The notes beneath the pieces were generated by a model. The model did not search any database, was not told where the DNA came from, and was given only the letters and a program-made list of their open reading frames with translations. Of a stretch of 64,000 nucleotides of DNA, positions 12,135-24,171 are shown piece after piece. This DNA is from Catajapyx aquilonaris (taxonomy: Eukaryota), in NCBI GenBank assembly GCA_000934665.2, contig KZ538063.1, forward strand, positions 1 to 64,000. The letters run 5' to 3'. How positions within the stretch are numbered: the first letter of the stretch is position 1; the number at the start of each line of letters is the position of its first letter. The position numbers were made by a program, and so were the translations under genes.

Positions 12135-13644
12135 TGTTAAACACATTGTTGTTTATTTTTGCAATAAATCAAAACTTGCAATCTGAAAAATGTCGCAATA
12201 AATTCAAAAACTTTATGCGCAGATAGCTGTGATTTTTGCAAAAATATATTTAGGTACACTGCACTGCGAGTGGGTAATGTTTGAATGAGTTAAAATTTGG
12301 ATCACATTCTCAATATATGTGACTTCGGTAAAAAAAAGTATAAAAAAGTTTATATGGGTTTTGGCGGATGTTACGTCACGTTGTGCATGTCCTTTGCGCA
12401 TTTGCACATTTCTTTGCACGCACTTTGCGCCGGTAAAGTGTCCGATAATTTGCAGCTAAGCGATGCAGGAAGTGCACGTGAATATGTTTGCATGATGATG
12501 GCAACTCCATGACCTTGAACCAGTTTTTTTTCCCATTAAGAAAAAAATCCATCAGTACAAGGTCAGCATTGAGGGCAACCCTCTTCAATGTCACTAGTGA
12601 CACCTTGGACACACACGTTCATAAATCTGTGTCACATGAGGAGGTCATTCCCGCCGTTTGTTATCAGGTCCCATTCACAGTGCAGGTCAACCTTGATTTC
12701 ATTTGACCGTGTGACACGTTACATAACAAAATTCTGCCCCATGTGCCATGTGGTTGCTGGGGTGAACAATCCACGACCTTATCAAATATTATAAAGCATT
12801 AGTGTCTAATTTTTAACTTGAGCATTTTTTTTGTGAGAGTGTTGCGAGATTCTCACGCTCGATGAAGAAGGGAAAATACTTCCGGGTTTTGATGAGATCA
12901 GTGGATTTTCCATGATATTATTGGAAAGACGGGATGTCGCACGTCACTTTCATGGCAAGTCGAGTCATGCGACGCATCATTGGTACAGGGTGCGTGTCAA
13001 CTCGTCCAACTGTCCCAAAAATAAGGTGTGCTGGGATAAATTGGTAGTACCGGGTACTGCTTACACTCCATCGCAAAAATAAAGGGAAACCGAGGGAAAC
13101 GGTCATGCTTATCGCACGTTATCCGACATAATTGAAACGCTTCCGTCATGTCGTGCCGCTACATAATTTCGGAAAGAAGCAGCGTGCGCCATCTACTGAG
13201 TTCCTTCCCAACTAGCACAAAACACAGCTGTCAATTATGCTCATCAGTACAAAGGCTTTACGACTCTTTTGTGACAACTATGACCATAATTTGTAAATGA
13301 CATTAAATATAATATGTAATAAATCAACTGCACTTGTTGCATCAATTTTTGAATTATGGCGGCAACTACTTGATGGGCCAATTAGAGAAAAAGGACCTGT
13401 TCATCCAATCAGCATCGAGAGGACATGCGCATTGTGCCACATGCACTGGAACGTGTAAATTGTTCTTCCCACTAATAAGTTTAATTGTTTGTGGCCCATT
13501 ATTTAAAAAATTATTATTTGTTTACACCACATCCACTTGTTTTTAAGTACTAATAATTGTACTTGAAACACGTAATTATTTGACAATCGAACATGTTTTT
13601 GTTGGCATCCCTGCCACCCTCCCCCACCCGCACGCATTTTCAAG

Positions 13645-13871
13645 ATGGCGTCTTCTGCTTTGCTGCTTCGAGACTTCGTCCCGAAGTGTCCTCCCCTTTC
13701 GCTTCTCCGTCGGTCCTTCCGCCTGAGTCCGGCCATGGACAAGTGCCAGTCCGGCCGGTACAAGGTGACCCTACGACACGACAAGCCCCTGACCTACGAG
13801 ATGGCCAACCCTCCACACCACATCGGACACAGGAAGTCATGGAACTCGTTCAACACATGTATGAATTACTT

Positions 13872-13928
<57 letters not shown>

Positions 13929-14874
13929 GGGTAGTACGCGGACTGACATGGGTACATTTTGTGAACTCCCCCGGGTGGTTTAGTCTATTGGAAATACCAC
14001 CCGAGACGAAGCCAGAGACGACCCCAACTCTGCATACTGGTGCCATAAAGTTGGATCACCCTGTATAATAGCTACATAATTATAATAGCTGCATACACTA
14101 ATATTTATGTATAATAGTTACACAATATAATAGTTACACAATATAATAGCTACATAATTATAATAGCTGCATACACTAATATTTATGTATAATAGTTACA
14201 CAATATAAAAGCTACATAATTATAATAGCTACATACACTAATATTTATGTATAATAGTTACACAATGTAATAGCTACATATACAAGTTACATGCACTAAT
14301 ATTTATGTATAACAGTTGTAGTTACACAATATAATGGCTACATAATTATAATAAATACATATAGCTACATAAAATTAGCTACACTATCATGTTTATGTGT
14401 AATAGTTAACGTTACATTATAATAGCTATTATAAGTTATGTAGTAGATAGTTTATTGCAAGCAAGTAATGCGAGTTATTGGCATGAGTATGAAACGGACA
14501 GACATTTTAAGATACTTGTGTATGCTCATTAAGTGTGTTGACATGTTCAAATATTACTGGTACGCTTTGTGTCGCTCATTGCAGGTAATTTGGAGGGCGG
14601 ACTGCGCAAGGCTGAAACGGCTGTGGAAGACGTGTTCATCCGTCGCTTCATGACGGGCACTTGGCACGGCATGTTTCTCTCCGAGGTGATCATAAAGAGG
14701 CAGCACAATCTGATCCGGGTGTCCGGGATAGTACTGAGGGCCATATCGTCACGCAAGATGTACTTCCTGGCGGGGTTCTGCGAGGAGATGCTGTCCTACT
14801 GGCTGCACTGTCCGGTCAAGCTGGAGATTCAGACGGTCGACGACAGGAAGGACGTCGTGTTCAAATACATTTGA
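13645..14874 (+). CDS. MRPS24: 28S ribosomal protein S24, mitochondrial (uS3m). Exons 13645-13858, 14585-14874
   Basis: GRYKVT...KPLTYEMANPPHHIGHRKSWNS joined in frame to NLEGG...EDVFIRRFMTGTWHG...SEVIIKRQHN...CPVKLEIQTV...VVFKYI; Arg/Ser/Leu-rich presequence. Confidence 0.93.
13873..13927. repeat. (TAA)n microsatellite in the MRPS24 intron
   Basis: Perfect trinucleotide run; AT-rich tandem repeats follow at ~14060-14400. Confidence 0.95.
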
Positions 14875-15620
14875 CTTGCCACCATAGGATGTGAAGTGTT
14901 AATTACATTAGTCATAAGCCACAGTGTACAGCCGGATTCAAAAGGGTCACTTGGTGCCATTGTACCAAATAAAATTTTGTCAACTATGTTCATGACATTT
15001 GCGAGAAAATAATGCAACTTTGAGTGTCCCCTAATTAGTTTCATTTATCACCATCATCATCACGGTGTTTCCCAAACAGATATGGGGTTGCCAGCGGATA
15101 TTGAGGAGGACCTCAGTTCATGAAATCATTAAATTAACTTAGTTCATGAAATCATTAAATTAATTTAGTTTATGAAATTATTAAATTTATTAATATCAAT
15201 TATACTGTATATTAACTTTATTAATATCAATTATACTGTATATTAAATTTATTAATATCAATTATACTGTATATTAACTTTATTAATATCAATTATACTG
15301 TATATTAAATTTATTAATATCAATTATACTGTATATTAAATTTATTTAAAGGTGCGATGAACGAAATGAATTTATTCACTTAATCCTGCAGTAATTAATA
15401 AGTACGCCCTCAATTATTTTTAATGACTTATTTGATAACTTCATTAACTTAATAACAATAACTGTAGGACTTCGAGTGAAACCCATGGTGCATGCATCTG
15501 CACTGTTGCGATACTCATTAATAATGCGGTTTAGCAGGATGAGGCTGGCATCGTTTATTACCAACATTATACAAAAAGCGGTGAGTTACGTTAGCGCCAC
15601 ATTTTCCAAGAAGCGAATAT

Positions 15621-16356
15621 TTATGCCTTGGGACTAACTCCGTGCATCTTTGCAGCCAAGTGTGCCTGGATCTTCATTTCCATTATTTCAGCGACGGCTG
15701 CAAGAAAAGGGCGCAACGTCAGAGAAGATGTACACTAAGCAACTGATAGAAGTACTAACCATCCCGAATCCTGCTCTTCTCAATACCGATGATCTGAACC
15801 TTCTCCATTTGCTCCGTCACGTACTTCACTTTCCTCTTGAAGTACGCCTTAGCATCCTCAATGTTCTGTAAAGCAACAAAATTAGCAACAATCTGCAATC
15901 GATATAGTTACGTCCATACCATTTCCACGTAGTATCCGGTCCCGATGCTCACCGTGACCGTATCTGCCTTTGAGATAACGCCAGGAACATAAATCTGATT
16001 ACAAATTAAGGTCCCTCACAAAAAAAATGAATAACCGCAACTACTTTTTTTTAAAAAAGGATACAGCTCCACCGAGCGGCACGATCATTTCCTTCCCCTC
16101 GCTCTCGGGCGTGAACGACTCGACGCAATCGCCCGACTCCTGATACTTCATCTGCGCATGCTTCAGAGTGCCCAACGAGTCCTGAAAGAAGCTGAGCTCC
16201 TGCGAATAATTTAAAAAAAAGGTGCAATTAAAAATATGATCTAAATGTAAACTTCAATAGAACCCAAACCTGTTCCAACTGCTGCTTGAACAAAGTGAGC
16301 TGATGGAGTGTCAGTTTGGTCAGGTCGAGCGCCTGTCCTTTAGGCGGTCCAGCCAT
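15621..16356 (-). CDS. PFDN5: Prefoldin subunit 5 (alpha-type), five exons
   Basis: Spliced translation MAGPPKGQALDLTKLTLHQLTLFKQQLEQ/ELSFFQDSLGTLKHAQMKYQESGDCV...GKEMIVPL/IYVPG...VTVSIGTGYYVEM/NIEDAKAYFKRKVKYVTEQMEKVQ.../AVAEIMEMKIQ, with short GT-AG introns. Confidence 0.93.
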
Positions 16357-16760
16357 AACTACAGCAGCTCTAATCAAACCTTTTTTTGAGGCTAAGGAGC
16401 TAATTAATACTGGAAAAGCGGGAGTAATTAACGGGCCTAAAAACACGAGTTAACAATCGGCGGCCATCTTGAATTTAACTCGGGCGCGTTCCAATCGCTG
16501 AAAATTGTTCACTGATAACCACATCAGAATAATATTACTGCATATATGAATTATTATATTTTAAATTAATTATGTACCATTTATTAATTAGATTCATGTA
16601 CGTAATTAGTTTAAACAGTAATTATTTTAGCATTTACAAGCTGCCATTCCACAGCGGTTCGAAACACGCCCCGATTCAAAATGGCGGCTGAAAATTTGTT
16701 CTAAAATAATTTCTTCTGATCATTATTTTGACTTGGCCGATCAGTTTTATTGGGTTTCAA
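16357..16760. promoter_or_regulatory. Probable bidirectional promoter between PFDN5 and the next gene, with outward-facing YY1/Pho-type motifs
   Basis: Head-to-head start codons ~400 bp apart; GGCGGCCATCTTG at ~16459 (minus orientation) and CAAAATGGCGGC at ~16677 (plus orientation). Confidence 0.6.
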
Positions 16761-18870
16761 ATGGCCCGAGGCCAATGTGTGGATATGGAGGCGTTGATGG
16801 AAGCGGTTTTGTCCACCAGACGTTTCATGGAAGAGGAACTAGTGTGTCGGATGGATAAATTGGAAGAGAAAATCGAGATGATGATGAGACAGATGGAGAC
16901 GAGGATGCTGATGAAGCTGGAGGATTGCATCAGGAAGGAGGGTATAATATGTCACGTATTGTATATACCTAGGGCAGGGAGCATATACTATACATAAGAG
17001 GCGCAAACATTCGATTTCCGCGTCTCTCTGTTTGGGGCGTTGCCAAGGCTGGCGGCCATCTTGAAGTGTGGGGAACGCCAACGAGGTATAAATAGGGTAC
17101 AGGCAAAAAACTATGGTCCGCCATCTTTGATGGTTTTGGCGGGCCATGGCAACTACATCAGGCGGACCAAATTTTTGCCTGTACCCTATTTATACCTCGT
17201 TGGCGTTCCCCACACTTCAAAATGGCCGCCAGCCTTGGCAACGCCCCCAAACAGAGAAACGCGGAAATCGAATGTTTGCGCCTCATATCATGCTCCCTGC
17301 CTAGGGTGAAGCGCAATATTTTTTTAACATTGCTAGTTGTTTGCAGTCGCAGCTTCGACAGACCCGCTATCAGATCCCCTGGAGAACAAGGAGGACATGA
17401 GCTTCAAAATGGAGGCAGAAGATGATTGGGGATCTGAAGAGGCTATGCAGGACTCTTCAGAATGTAGATATTCAGATGCGAATCACGTAAGTTAGGGGGC
17501 GCATCATATAAAATGGACAAACGATCAAACTTCGCCTTACATAGATTTAAAAGGCAAATTTTGTTTGTTTGTCCAACCATTTAATACCCATTTCATACTA
17601 TGGACAGGCAAACAATTAATTTTATACCCATTCGTACCCGTTTTCGTACCCATTTCATACCCATGCAAAAAAAGGGTTCTTTGCTAGCTTTTGAAAAAAA
17701 TTTGTTTACTTTTATCGTAGGTTGCGCACAGATTTGATGAAGGGGCTGGAGAAAATTCCAGGGCATTGTCACTCATGGGTCATGCAGAACAAAATATTGT
17801 CTGTGGTTCCAGGGCAGGTATGGCTAAATTTGCGGTTCCGTTGGAGGATGTTCTCATTAGTTTTTTTTTTATTATTAATTCTGCAGACGGGCGTCTGTTG
17901 CCTCGAGACGGATGTGGCCGAGCAGCTGGTACAAGCAGCGTCACTTCCACTGATGAGAGAGAGATGGAGTCATCTTACCAGGAAGACCAGCCGATAATAG
18001 TGGTTGATCATAGAGAATATGAAAGCAACAATTTCAGAGCAGTTACAGATGAAGATCCCCAAGACGAGAGATGCAGACGTTCAAAACCGGTATGTACTTG
18101 CGTTGAGAAATTTTGCAAACTCCAGGATTAGCACATCCTTTTTTTTCTGTGCAGCCTTTTCCTCTTCCGCATTTTTCGACAACAGTTCAGCCTCTGTTGA
18201 TGGGTGCACCACTCGCATCTGTGCAACATGCGCGATTGAATTCTCAACTTATAGATGAGATAATCATCTACTTGGAGTAAGCCATACCCTATTTTTTATA
18301 CTGTACATGTCATTTCTGCAAGCTCGTTCTTTTTCAGTACTGCAGACCTCATAACGATGGAAAATTGTGGACAGCGGAGATGGGAGTATCATAGACTAGG
18401 TAAAACTTTGGCTGAGACTTACATCAACATGTCTTGGGAGCAAAAAATTAACAAGTCAAAGGATTCGAGAAGATCCAAGGTTTGGGTAAGAGACACTTCA
18501 ATTGGGCACAATTGGAACATGTAATCTCACGTACGACTTATTTTTGTAGACGACTTTCATTCAGCGTTTGTCGCAAAGAAGAAAACAGCAGAAACTGGCA
18601 GCTTCCAAGAGGCCGAAAGGAAGAAAAAGTAACAATCATTAGTCTCAAGAGCCTGAGGAATTATTAGTTCCCAGCGAGGAGCCGAAGGTAATTATTCAGA
18701 ATAAATCATGCATATATGTTGTTGAATATAACCTTAATGTCATGTTGCAGGTATCGGAATCCAGTAATGGTACTCCCGGGATATGCGATAAATTGCCTGA
18801 GAGACAGTATGTGTGTCAACAAAGCTCGCAGATGGCGTCAACCAGTCATTCCGATGTCGCTTCATGAAAT
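16761..18870 (+). CDS. Uncharacterised multi-exon protein with an N-terminal Met/Glu-rich helical domain; 3' exon structure uncertain
   Basis: Exon 16761-16941 (DMEALMEAVLSTRRFMEEEL...) splices in phase 1 to 17347-17486 (VAASTDPLSD...FKMEAEDDW). Further GT-AG-bounded segments extend to ~18.9 kb. Paralogous to the 19504 gene. Confidence 0.6.
16975..17299. mobile_element. Complete P-like MITE (family A) with a 7-bp target-site duplication
   Basis: TIR CAGGGAGCAT...ATGCTCCCTG flanked by direct CCTAGGG at 16968-16974 and 17300-17306. CANRG termini with a 7-8 bp TSD fit the P superfamily; hAT is not excluded. Confidence 0.85.
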
Positions 18871-19503
18871 TGGGAAATGACTGACGAAGCAGTGAAAAAA
18901 ACCTGAGTGTTTGGTGGAAAACAAAACATTGTGGTTAACAGATACAATTACCGACATTGCAACATCGCTTGCATCCTAATTATGACGGGTCTTGAACAAG
19001 AGTAGTTTGTATGTACTATGACATACTAACGACTTCGACGTACACATAGAGGAACGTTTCTGCTTGATTATGTCAGACAGCCTGTAATACATGTGCCCCA
19101 AGTTTTTCCTGTACTTACCATTAAATGCAATAAAATGTATATTGCACCGAAAAAAATTGGCAACGTTGGAAATGCCGCCAACCAGTTCAAATAGGCTATG
19201 TTCCTGTGGCTGTACCAGAACCGGCCACCAAAAATATCAGCATAACTTTATTAATATATTTAGTAAAACCCACCATTACATAATTTACTTAAAATAATAA
19301 CCGTAAATAAAATTATTATAAAAAAAATAATGGATTTGTTCCAAATTATTATATTTAGAACTGTTCCATGTTTTGTTCGAAGCGGCGATAGGAACGGGCC
19401 CTCGGAAAGCCAACATGGCCGCCAAAACTTTGTGACATTTTCTTTCTTAGTTTCCCCTTTGATTTTTCGGCTTGTATTTCTCTCCAGACCCGAGTTAGGA
19501 GCA

Positions 19504-20777
19504 ATGGACGAGCCTCATAATGGTAGTCAGGACGGGCCTGTCAGTTTGGACACTTTGATGGAAGCTGTTGTGGGCAACAGGCGCTTCATGGAGGAGGAGT
19601 TGCAGTCCAGACTGGTCCTGATGGAGAGGAGGATCGTGGCCGACATTGAGGCCATGATGGAATCGATGGAGATGAGGATGCTGAGGAAGGTGGAGACCTG
19701 GATCAGAAGTATGGGCTGGCAGTCCTCCTTGTTTTTATACACGGTCATGATACGGTGCATTGCAGGCGGATATCCGGCCGATACGCAACAGGACGACGAC
19801 CAGGATGCAAGTGTGGGCTATGTGAAACTGGAGGCTGTAGAAGATGCTTGGAATTTGGAGGAGGATGATGAGCGGAACAATGGGGACGATTGCGCTCCCG
19901 ATGTGAAACCAGGCTGGGAAGAGCGACTCACTGACGGGCAAGATCCTTTGTTGGAATCAGGACAGCCCAGTTCTGTAAGCATTAAGCTGCCTTTACATGT
20001 GAGCGAGGCCTGTGAGCGACTTGACGAGCGGAGTAACATCGCTGAATAACCAGTATTGTTTGAGGCGAAAATCAATTGTTACTTTTGCCTCAAATAATAT
20101 TGGCTACTTTGCTTGGCGGAGACTTCGCTTGTCAAATGGCTCACATGTAAACGCGGCTTTAATATTTTCTTAAAAATATGAACGGAAAAAATTCAGTGAG
20201 TTGCCCAAAGTGACAATGGCATATCTCCAACTGGAGAAAAAATCTTTGAGAATTTGAATAATAATCCCTTAAACATTTTTGAATAATATTTTTGAATTAT
20301 TATTTATTATTTATTTCGAATAATTGATACAATTTATTTGAATAACTATTTATTATTTATTTCGAATAATTGATACAATAATTTATTTGAATAACTATTT
20401 AATATTTATTTCGAATAATTGATACAATAATTTATTTGAATAACTATTTAATATTTATTTCGAATAATTGATACAATAATTTATTTGAATAACTATTTAA
20501 TATTTATTTCGAATAATTTATACAATTTATTTGAATAATAATAGTACAATTTATTTGAATAATAATAACACTGTGCACTTTATTTTATTTTATTTTATAA
20601 TAAACGTAATACAAAAATTATTTTATTTTATAATAAACGTAATACAAAAATTATTTTATTTTATAATAAACGTAATACAAAAATTATTTTATTTTATTTT
20701 ATAATAATACAAAAAATTAATTTTATTTCATTATATTTAATAATAATACAAAATATTTGAATAAGAATAATAAGAAC

Positions 20778-20818
<41 letters not shown>

Positions 20819-22176
20819 TCAAATTGAGAATTTGAGAATAAAACTTAAATAGGTGCCACCATATCACAGTAGGAAAAATGCACTTCACTTACACATTAAT
20901 TTTAATTCAGTTTGATTTTAATATTACGCTGATCATATTTTTTTTACCAATTTGTATGGAGAAAATCAATTGAATTACCCAGAGTGACCATGGCAAATCG
21001 TACTGTAGGTAAATAAAAAATGTGCGCTTCACTCAATACATTAATTTTAATCATACTGGTATATTTTATTTTCTTACAGGAGACGCAGAAGAAATTTGCT
21101 GGGGATACAGGAGAAAATTCCGGAGAGACATCGGCGCTTTTGGCTCCTACTGATCGTGAGAGATGCTCAGATGAAGGTATGACTTAATCTGACCTTCGCC
21201 TGCAAAGATGAAAACTTTTTGCTATTGTTATGCTGCAGGTTTGCAAGATGGACTTGATTCAGTTCAAGACCAGATGCCCCGAAGGAACTCCGTGACTCAT
21301 GAAATCGTGTTTCTCCCTGAAGCGGTTTCAAGAGCCACCTTTGAGAGTGAGGTGTGTAGTTTGATTTTAACATTTTTGCACCTTGATCTTTCACAGAGGC
21401 AAAATCTGTCATGCATTACCACTAGTTTAAGACCAATGCCGTTCACTAATGAGTACGTATTACTTCAGGAGGATGTGGAATTTCTGTCGGGTCAGCAGTG
21501 TAACCGGTCATCTAGTAACAACAGTGCGCAGCCTGCTGAATCAGTCTGGGACACAACCCAGCCGAAGATGATGAGAACATTAAAGGAACCAGTGACTTCC
21601 GATGGAAATAGGTGTATGGCTAACGGGAGGCCACTGAATAGAAAGAAGTTTTGGTGCAGGTTGTGTACGTACAAGACTAACCAGAAGTCCCATTTAATCC
21701 GACACTGGGGACGTGTCCACGAAAAGACATCAAATCAGACGCAGAATTCGCAGACTAGCAAAGAATCAAGTTTGCTGAATATGCTGCGGAGGACAAGGTT
21801 CAAATGCAGCATGTGTCCCTACGCGACTGATAGGAAATACCATTATGATCGACACAGCATGAGCATCCATGGAAAGAAGCCAAACCACATGCAGAATTCA
21901 GAGGTCAATTATATCAGGCCCGAGGACAAGTCCCTGAGTGGATCAGAGGGGAAGAAGTTTCAATGCAAGATGTGTCATTACGGAACTGATAGGAAGGACC
22001 ATTTTAACAGGCACTGGATGAGAATCCATGCGAAGAAGTCGGATTCCTACGCAACTGATAAGGAACGCCTTCACGACACTCGCCACAAGATAGTATCGTA
22101 TCGGAATGAAGAGGACAAGAATTCAGATCAGACATCCGGAGATGAAAGTGGCGGAGACTCAGAGTCACCAACTTAA
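19504..22176 (+). CDS. C2H2 zinc-finger protein (three widely spaced fingers) with the same N-terminal helical domain. Exons about 19504-19708, 19766-19974, 21080-21176, 21239-22176 (the last block likely contains short introns)
   Basis: Fingers FWCRLCTYKTNQKSHLIRHWGRVH, FKCSMCPYATDRKYHYDRHSMSIH and FQCKMCHYGTDRKDHFNRHWMRIH; phase-consistent GT-AG introns upstream. Confidence 0.8.
19985..20158. mobile_element. PIF/Harbinger-like MITE
   Basis: Imperfect TIR AGCTGCCTTTACATGTGAGC...GCTCACATGTAAACGCGGCT flanked by TTA on both sides; sits 10 nt inside an intron. Confidence 0.7.
20270..20820. repeat. AT-rich intronic tandem repeats and (ATA)n
   Basis: ~49-bp unit TTTATTTCGAATAATTGATACAATAATTTATTTGAATAACTA..., ~33-bp unit TTTATAATAAACGTAATACAAAAATTATTTTAT, then an ATA run. 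Confidence 0.85.
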
Positions 22177-22691
22177 AAGTGTCCAGTGCCCAGCCTGTAC
22201 TTACAACAAGAAGTGTTCGCACGCGGATCGTGACAATGACATCATACTGTGTGGAAAGTGCATACAATATACATCTGTAACCGTAGTGAAGAGTAAAATG
22301 CCCCAGAACAAATCCAGTAAATATTCTTCTGGGACCTATTGAAACCAACGTTCTTGTTCAGCATATACATCACCGGAAAGCTCAACAGTACTTTAATTAC
22401 TCATACGGATATGGATAGGATGTGAATTGAATTTTGCAGCACGTGTCAGATGCACGCCATTGAAAACATCCTTTGTACATTCTGGACAGCGGATTTGTAA
22501 ACAAACCATTAAAAAAAAAAAAATCACGCCTGGCTGCCTCGTTATGCGGAAACTGATTGAGCTAAGTGGTCCACTCAATTGCTTCTTACGACGCCAGTCA
22601 TGAAGCACAACAATGTAATTGGACAGTTTGTTCAAACATGAAAATGCTGCTCTCCACTTTCCTCTGCCTTTCTCTGTGTCCTAGCCGAGGA

Positions 22692-23750
22692 TCAGTTCCT
22701 TTGAGACCTTTGAACGTTCCCTGCAGCCGTTCCTGGGGTTTCAGACCTGCGATGAATAGTTGGTGTCCAACCACTGGGCCCAGCTTCACCGAATGCTCTA
22801 CAGGCACGTGATAATGCAGTGCGCTGGTGAGAGGCCTCCTCCGTGCTGCTGACGTCCTCCCAAGTCGGGTCTTCATCCTCTACACGAGGTGAATGCACTT
22901 CCCCGCTGTAAGCTGGGGAATCAACCTGGCGGAACATGTCCTATAAAGTAAGTGGAAAATTACTGACAACTTTTCGTGACTTGAAAAACCTTTTTTAAAA
23001 ATATTTAACTACAGAAATTTCGAAATTTTTGAAGCGCATACTGACCGTGGCTGGACAGGAAGAGATGCCACCCCCATCGGGATGATTCATGGCAGGGGCG
23101 TCCTCCTCATAGTCCGATATGTCCTCGTATGGTCCAGGTTCATTCCGTGAAGCCTCCGCATCCATCATTTCCATGTCCACAGGTGCCTCCGAGATGCCAT
23201 CGCCATTAGGCGTTGCAGTCATCAGATCAGAACTTGCAGTGCCATTGTTGCTCGCAACATGGTCAGCTGCCTGCTGCTGGGTCCAGGGGGCATCTCTCGT
23301 CACATGAACCGGAGCATCCCTGCTGCGGTTGTTCAGAATGACCCAAACGGCTCCCGTCATGGTCACGTCGTCATCCTCATCGCTTCCATGGGGTGTCTGG
23401 TGAAGGGGATCAGGAAACTGCATGGATCTTAGCAGCTCTTTTAAGGTGCCTTCCAAACGCATATCGCATGTGATTTCTCCGCACTCAAACAACTCGATCA
23501 GCTTCAATACCGCATCTTTAGGGAATTGGGTCATGCAGATGGTGACTGTCCCATCGAAACGGTCTATACCACTGTCCTTTCCGAGAAGGCTCTTTATGAA
23601 CGGGGAGCAACGGATCAGAACCAGTTTGCTAGTCATGACCACTCCGTCCGAGCAGCATATCTTGGTGTCAAGAATGGGAGATGCATGTCGATCTGCAACT
23701 ACCCAATCCACAAGTTGGCTATCGTCTCGTATAAAGATGCAGGCCGTCAT
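22692..23750 (-). CDS. BTB/POZ-domain protein, paralogue 1 (no intact zinc finger). Exons 23750-23046, ~22940-22692
   Basis: DTKICCSDGVVMTSKLVLIRCSPFIKSLL...LKLIELFECGEITC...LKELLRSMQF. The last exon is homologous to those of paralogues 2 and 3 but stops at QRSQRN*. Confidence 0.75.
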
Positions 23751-24171
23751 CTTCTGGGAGAGGTCAAACGTTGAGGTGCACTGGAGGAGGTCATAAAAAA
23801 TATACGTCTGAATTACTTGAAAGTTGAACTGGAAATGAGCCGGGGCTTACTTGTTTATAAATGCCCTGTTGTTGTGGAGTTGCCTGGGCAAGCGAATGAA
23901 ACAGTGTTTGCTTTGGTAACATTCAAGCCAGGCCCTGTTTAAATTAAGTAAATAACAACCGATGAAAACAAGGCATTTTATTGATCATGTACACGCAACT
24001 TGGGTTAATTACTCATGCGTGACCTGTGTGGTGTCAATTGAATTTTGCAGTGTCAGACACACCCTGTAATGTTAACGAATCCTTCTAAACAAACATGAAA
24101 ACCACGGCGAAACAATAATGACCGACTGTTGCGTATGTGCTGAAAAAAATATTTCCCTCGATTGTACCCCC

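Noticed and set aside
5372..17346. Family A MITEs as introner (intron-creating) elements
   Set aside because: In every case the GT and AG splice sites lie in flanking host sequence outside the element, so these are insertions into pre-existing short introns.
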